Source: Candidatus Colwellbacteria bacterium
GTDB taxonomy: Bacteria > Patescibacteriota > Minisyncoccia > UBA6257 > Colwellbacteraceae
Assembly (NCBI GenBank): GCA_027310265.1
Contig: DAIDBC010000039.1
Location: 1 to 32,646, forward strand
Direction: 5' to 3'
Length of the DNA stretch: 32,646 nt
The notes under the pieces were generated by a model, which did not search any database, was not told where the DNA came from, and was given only the letters and a program-made list of their open reading frames with translations. Positions within the stretch are counted from its first letter, which is position 1, and each line of letters begins with the position of its first letter. Shown in pieces: positions 30,683-32,646 of the stretch. Made by a program: the position numbers and the translations under genes.

Positions 30683-31490
30683 TGTTCTTCTCGCTCTTCT
30701 CTGCCACAACTGCAGCAAGTTTTGCCTTTTCCGCTTTGCCTTCCAAGATCGCCTTTTCAACGTAAGTTGCAAGTAATTCGAGACTGCGCGGATTGCGGTC
30801 GTTCGCCGGGATAGGACAATCAACTTCATCGGGGTCAGAGGCGGTATTCACGAAAGCTATGCTCGTAACGCCGCTTTTTCTGGCCTCTAGCGCGGGGGTC
30901 ATATTTCCGCCCAAGCCGAAAATGACAACTACCGCGGGTAACTTATCCATTGACTCGATGCCGCTGAAAAATTTGGTGAGTTTACCAATCTCACGGTTGA
31001 AATCGACCCTCTCTTTTTTAGTGTATTTGTCGAGAGCGCCGCTTTCGGCATCCGCTTTCAGTTTTTTGAAGTAACGCACACGTTCGGAAATGGTTTTGAA
31101 ATTGGTTATCGTCCCGCCGAGCCAGCGCTCCGCGACATAAGACACGCCGAGTTTCTCCCCCAACGCACGGACAATGGATTTACCGGCGGGAGTTGTATCA
31201 ACGATGATTACCTCGCCGCCGGAAGCTAGTTTGGTCCTGATGACCTCAGTCGCGTTCTTAAGAGCGCGCAGCGTTTCTGCCAAATCTATTATCTCAACCC
31301 CACCCTTGGAGGTGAGAATGTAGGGACTCATTTTGGGATTGGTCCTGGCGTGGCTCTGGCCGTAAAATACCCCCGCATCGATGAGCGACTGTATTTCCGC
31401 TCTCTCTTCCGGGGTAAGTGGTGTTTCTAAAACAGCCGCTTCGGCTGCTTCAGTTGCTATATCACCGATGTTCTTTGTTTCCGTATCCAT
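30675..31490 (-). CDS. rpsB: 30S ribosomal protein S2 (with an N-terminal extension relative to the usual S2)
   Basis: LIDAGVFYGQSHARTNPKM, VIIVDT and the AIPANDRN-like region (PIPANDRNP) are present. The track start at 31544 is TTG and overlaps trmD by 20 nt, so I chose the ATG at 31490. The start is uncertain. Confidence 0.88.
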   Translation of the reverse strand: MDTETKNIGDIATEAAEAAVLETPLTPEERAEIQSLIDAGVFYGQSHARTNPKMSPYILTSKGGVEIIDLAETLRALKNATEVIRTKLASGGEVIIVDTTPAGKSIVRALGEKLGVSYVAERWLGGTITNFKTISERVRYFKKLKADAESGALDKYTKKERVDFNREIGKLTKFFSGIESMDKLPAVVVIFGLGGNMTPALEARKSGVTSIAFVNTASDPDEVDCPIPANDRNPRSLELLATYVEKAILEGKAEKAKLAAVVAEKSEKNNG

Positions 31491-31524
31491 AAATTGCGCT
31501 AAAGCACGCAGCAGCAAGTATAAC

Positions 31525-32190
31525 TCATTTTTTTCTATGTTCAAGCCGCCAGCGTTCTATCGCCCCGTGGTTCCCCGAAAGCAGCACCCTTGGAACAAGG
31601 TACTTCTTTTTCTTATAAGCCAGTACCTCTGGGCGGGTATAGACCGGCACGCCAACGCCGTACCGCTTTTCCTCCAGTGACTCTTCCTTACCCAAAACAC
31701 CTTTTATCTTGCGACTTACGGCGTCGATGACTGTAAGCGCCGGCAGCTCGCCACCGGTTAAAACATATGGACCGACCGATAATTCTCTCAACCTGAATAT
31801 TTTCTTTACCCGCTCGTCTACGCCCTCGTAATGCCCGGCAACGAGGATAATGTGTCCGTATCGCGCAAGCCGTGCGGCTTCGGCGTCATCGAACTTTTTG
31901 CCAGAAGCCGAAAGCAAGATCATTGCCGTTTTGGCTCCAACGCCGCGACCAACGCGTAGACGCTCAATTATTTTTACGAGCGGTTCCGGTTTAATGACCA
32001 TACCGGGACCGCCGCCATAAGGGCGGTCATCGGCTTTGTGATACGGCCCCGGCGTGAATTTTCTTAAATCGTGAACTCGCGCACCGATTATCCCCCTTCT
32101 CACCGCGCGACCGATTACCGATTCGCCAAAATACGGCCGCACGGTACCGGGAAATAAAGTGATGATGTCGAACGTAATCTTCGGCTTCAT
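31525..32190 (-). CDS. trmD: tRNA (guanine37-N1)-methyltransferase TrmD
   Basis: FDIITLFP, DDRPYGGGPGMV and GHYEGVDERV are present. 221 aa. Confidence 0.93.
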   Translation of the reverse strand: MKPKITFDIITLFPGTVRPYFGESVIGRAVRRGIIGARVHDLRKFTPGPYHKADDRPYGGGPGMVIKPEPLVKIIERLRVGRGVGAKTAMILLSASGKKFDDAEAARLARYGHIILVAGHYEGVDERVKKIFRLRELSVGPYVLTGGELPALTVIDAVSRKIKGVLGKEESLEEKRYGVGVPVYTRPEVLAYKKKKYLVPRVLLSGNHGAIERWRLEHRKK

Positions 32191-32210
32191 TATAATAGTA
32201 TCTTAACACT

Positions 32211-32238
32211 AAAGGCGGCCATATTCGTGGCCGCCTTT
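32211..32238 (-). terminator. Intrinsic terminator-like hairpin between the KH-protein gene and trmD
   Basis: AAAGGCGGCCA(32211-32221)-TATTCG-TGGCCGCCTTT(32228-32238). On the minus strand the GC stem is followed by TTTAGTGTT. Confidence 0.5.
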
Positions 32239-32262
32239 CGTTCTCCAGATTATAACCAATCT

Positions 32263-32589
32263 TTAGAGATCCTTGATATCATCGATCACCTTGTCGGTGA
32301 TACCCCTTTCGGAGGTTGGGCGCGGCGACCGTTCACTGCCCTCCGGCTCTTCAATCTTAAGATTCACGCGGGCATTGTTCTTTATGCCCACTATCCGAAG
32401 CAGAGAGCGGATGGCTTTTGCGGTAGAGCCCTGCCGGCCCACCACTTGGCCCATGTCCGCCTGGTTAACTCTCAAGGTCAGAAGCACGCCCATTTCATCC
32501 ACTTTCCGGTCAACTTTCACGTCGTCCGGATGGTCTACAAGCGCCTTAACGAGATAGGTCAGAAATTCCTGGTCTCCGGTATTGCTCAT
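32263..32589 (-). CDS. KH-domain RNA-binding protein (YlqC/UPF0109 family) with a C-terminal extension
   Basis: LVKALVDHPDDVKV......GVLLTLRV...DMGQVVGRQGSTAKAIRSLL contains the GxxG KH motif. Its position next to trmD is typical of the rpsP-KH-rimM-trmD neighbourhood. 108 aa. Confidence 0.85.
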   Translation of the reverse strand: MSNTGDQEFLTYLVKALVDHPDDVKVDRKVDEMGVLLTLRVNQADMGQVVGRQGSTAKAIRSLLRIVGIKNNARVNLKIEEPEGSERSPRPTSERGITDKVIDDIKDL

Positions 32590-32646
32590 TGCTGTTTCGG
32601 CGGTTAAATCTTGGCGACCTTTCTAAAATTAAAATTTGCCTAATTA

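Noticed and set aside
32191-32262. TATAAT-like hexamers at 32191-32196 and 32250-32256 as trmD promoters
   Set aside because: The first overlaps the trmD ATG itself. The second lies upstream of the terminator hairpin and lacks a matching -35 or a true TGn extension. I did not consider either reliable.
1-32646. CRISPR arrays, IS elements, rRNA genes, prophage or defence islands
   Set aside because: I scanned for regularly spaced direct repeats, terminal inverted repeats, transposase- or integrase-like ORFs and rRNA signatures, and found none. The only repeats are the three 9-mers in the mraZ leader and short hairpins and palindromes.

Overview
This 32.6-kb segment is very compact (many overlapping genes, most gaps under 60 nt) and almost unidirectional, and it carries housekeeping genes. 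I can support 38 protein-coding genes (36 on the minus strand), 7 tRNAs (Pro-GGG, Lys-TTT, Glu-CTC, Val-CAC, Thr-GGT, Thr-TGT, Tyr-GTA), a set of sigma70-type promoters with a consistent TTGnnn-17-TAnnnT grammar, two good intrinsic terminators and an attenuator leader upstream of rplJ. Gene content in minus-strand order from the right end: KH protein, trmD, rpsB, tsf, a tRNA-Tyr/Thr/Thr-rpmG unit, pcm, rplJ-rplL-tRNA-Val, mraZ-rsmH-ftsL-ftsI-murF, tRNA-Glu, (rplU on +), cysS, dnaB, recR, grpE-dnaK-[membrane ORF]-dnaJ, tRNA-Lys, secD-secF, a sigma-region-4/HTH protein with a membrane protein and a VirD4/TraD-like ATPase, efp, mnmA, a corrinoid adenosyltransferase, split comEC, aspS, ndk, an HD hydrolase, (tRNA-Pro and rpmB on +) and an M50 protease. 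Several proteins are domain-reduced (AspRS without the GAD insertion, MurF without its N-terminal domain, a 148-aa EF-Ts). Together with ComEC and the orphan coupling-ATPase pair, this points to a small-genome uncultivated bacterium, probably CPR/Patescibacteria-like; that assignment is inference only. I found no CRISPR array, IS element, integrase, rRNA or prophage signal. Most worth a second look: (1) the promoter-equipped sigma4-HTH / membrane protein / soluble T4CP-like ATPase module, which has no other conjugation genes nearby; (2) a 126-nt closed-stem RNA that starts exactly at the predicted TSS of an extended -10 promoter upstream of the HD hydrolase; (3) three perfect TTATCCACA 9-mers in the mraZ leader; (4) an EF-P lacking the PGKG loop; (5) a polytopic membrane ORF inserted between dnaK and dnaJ.
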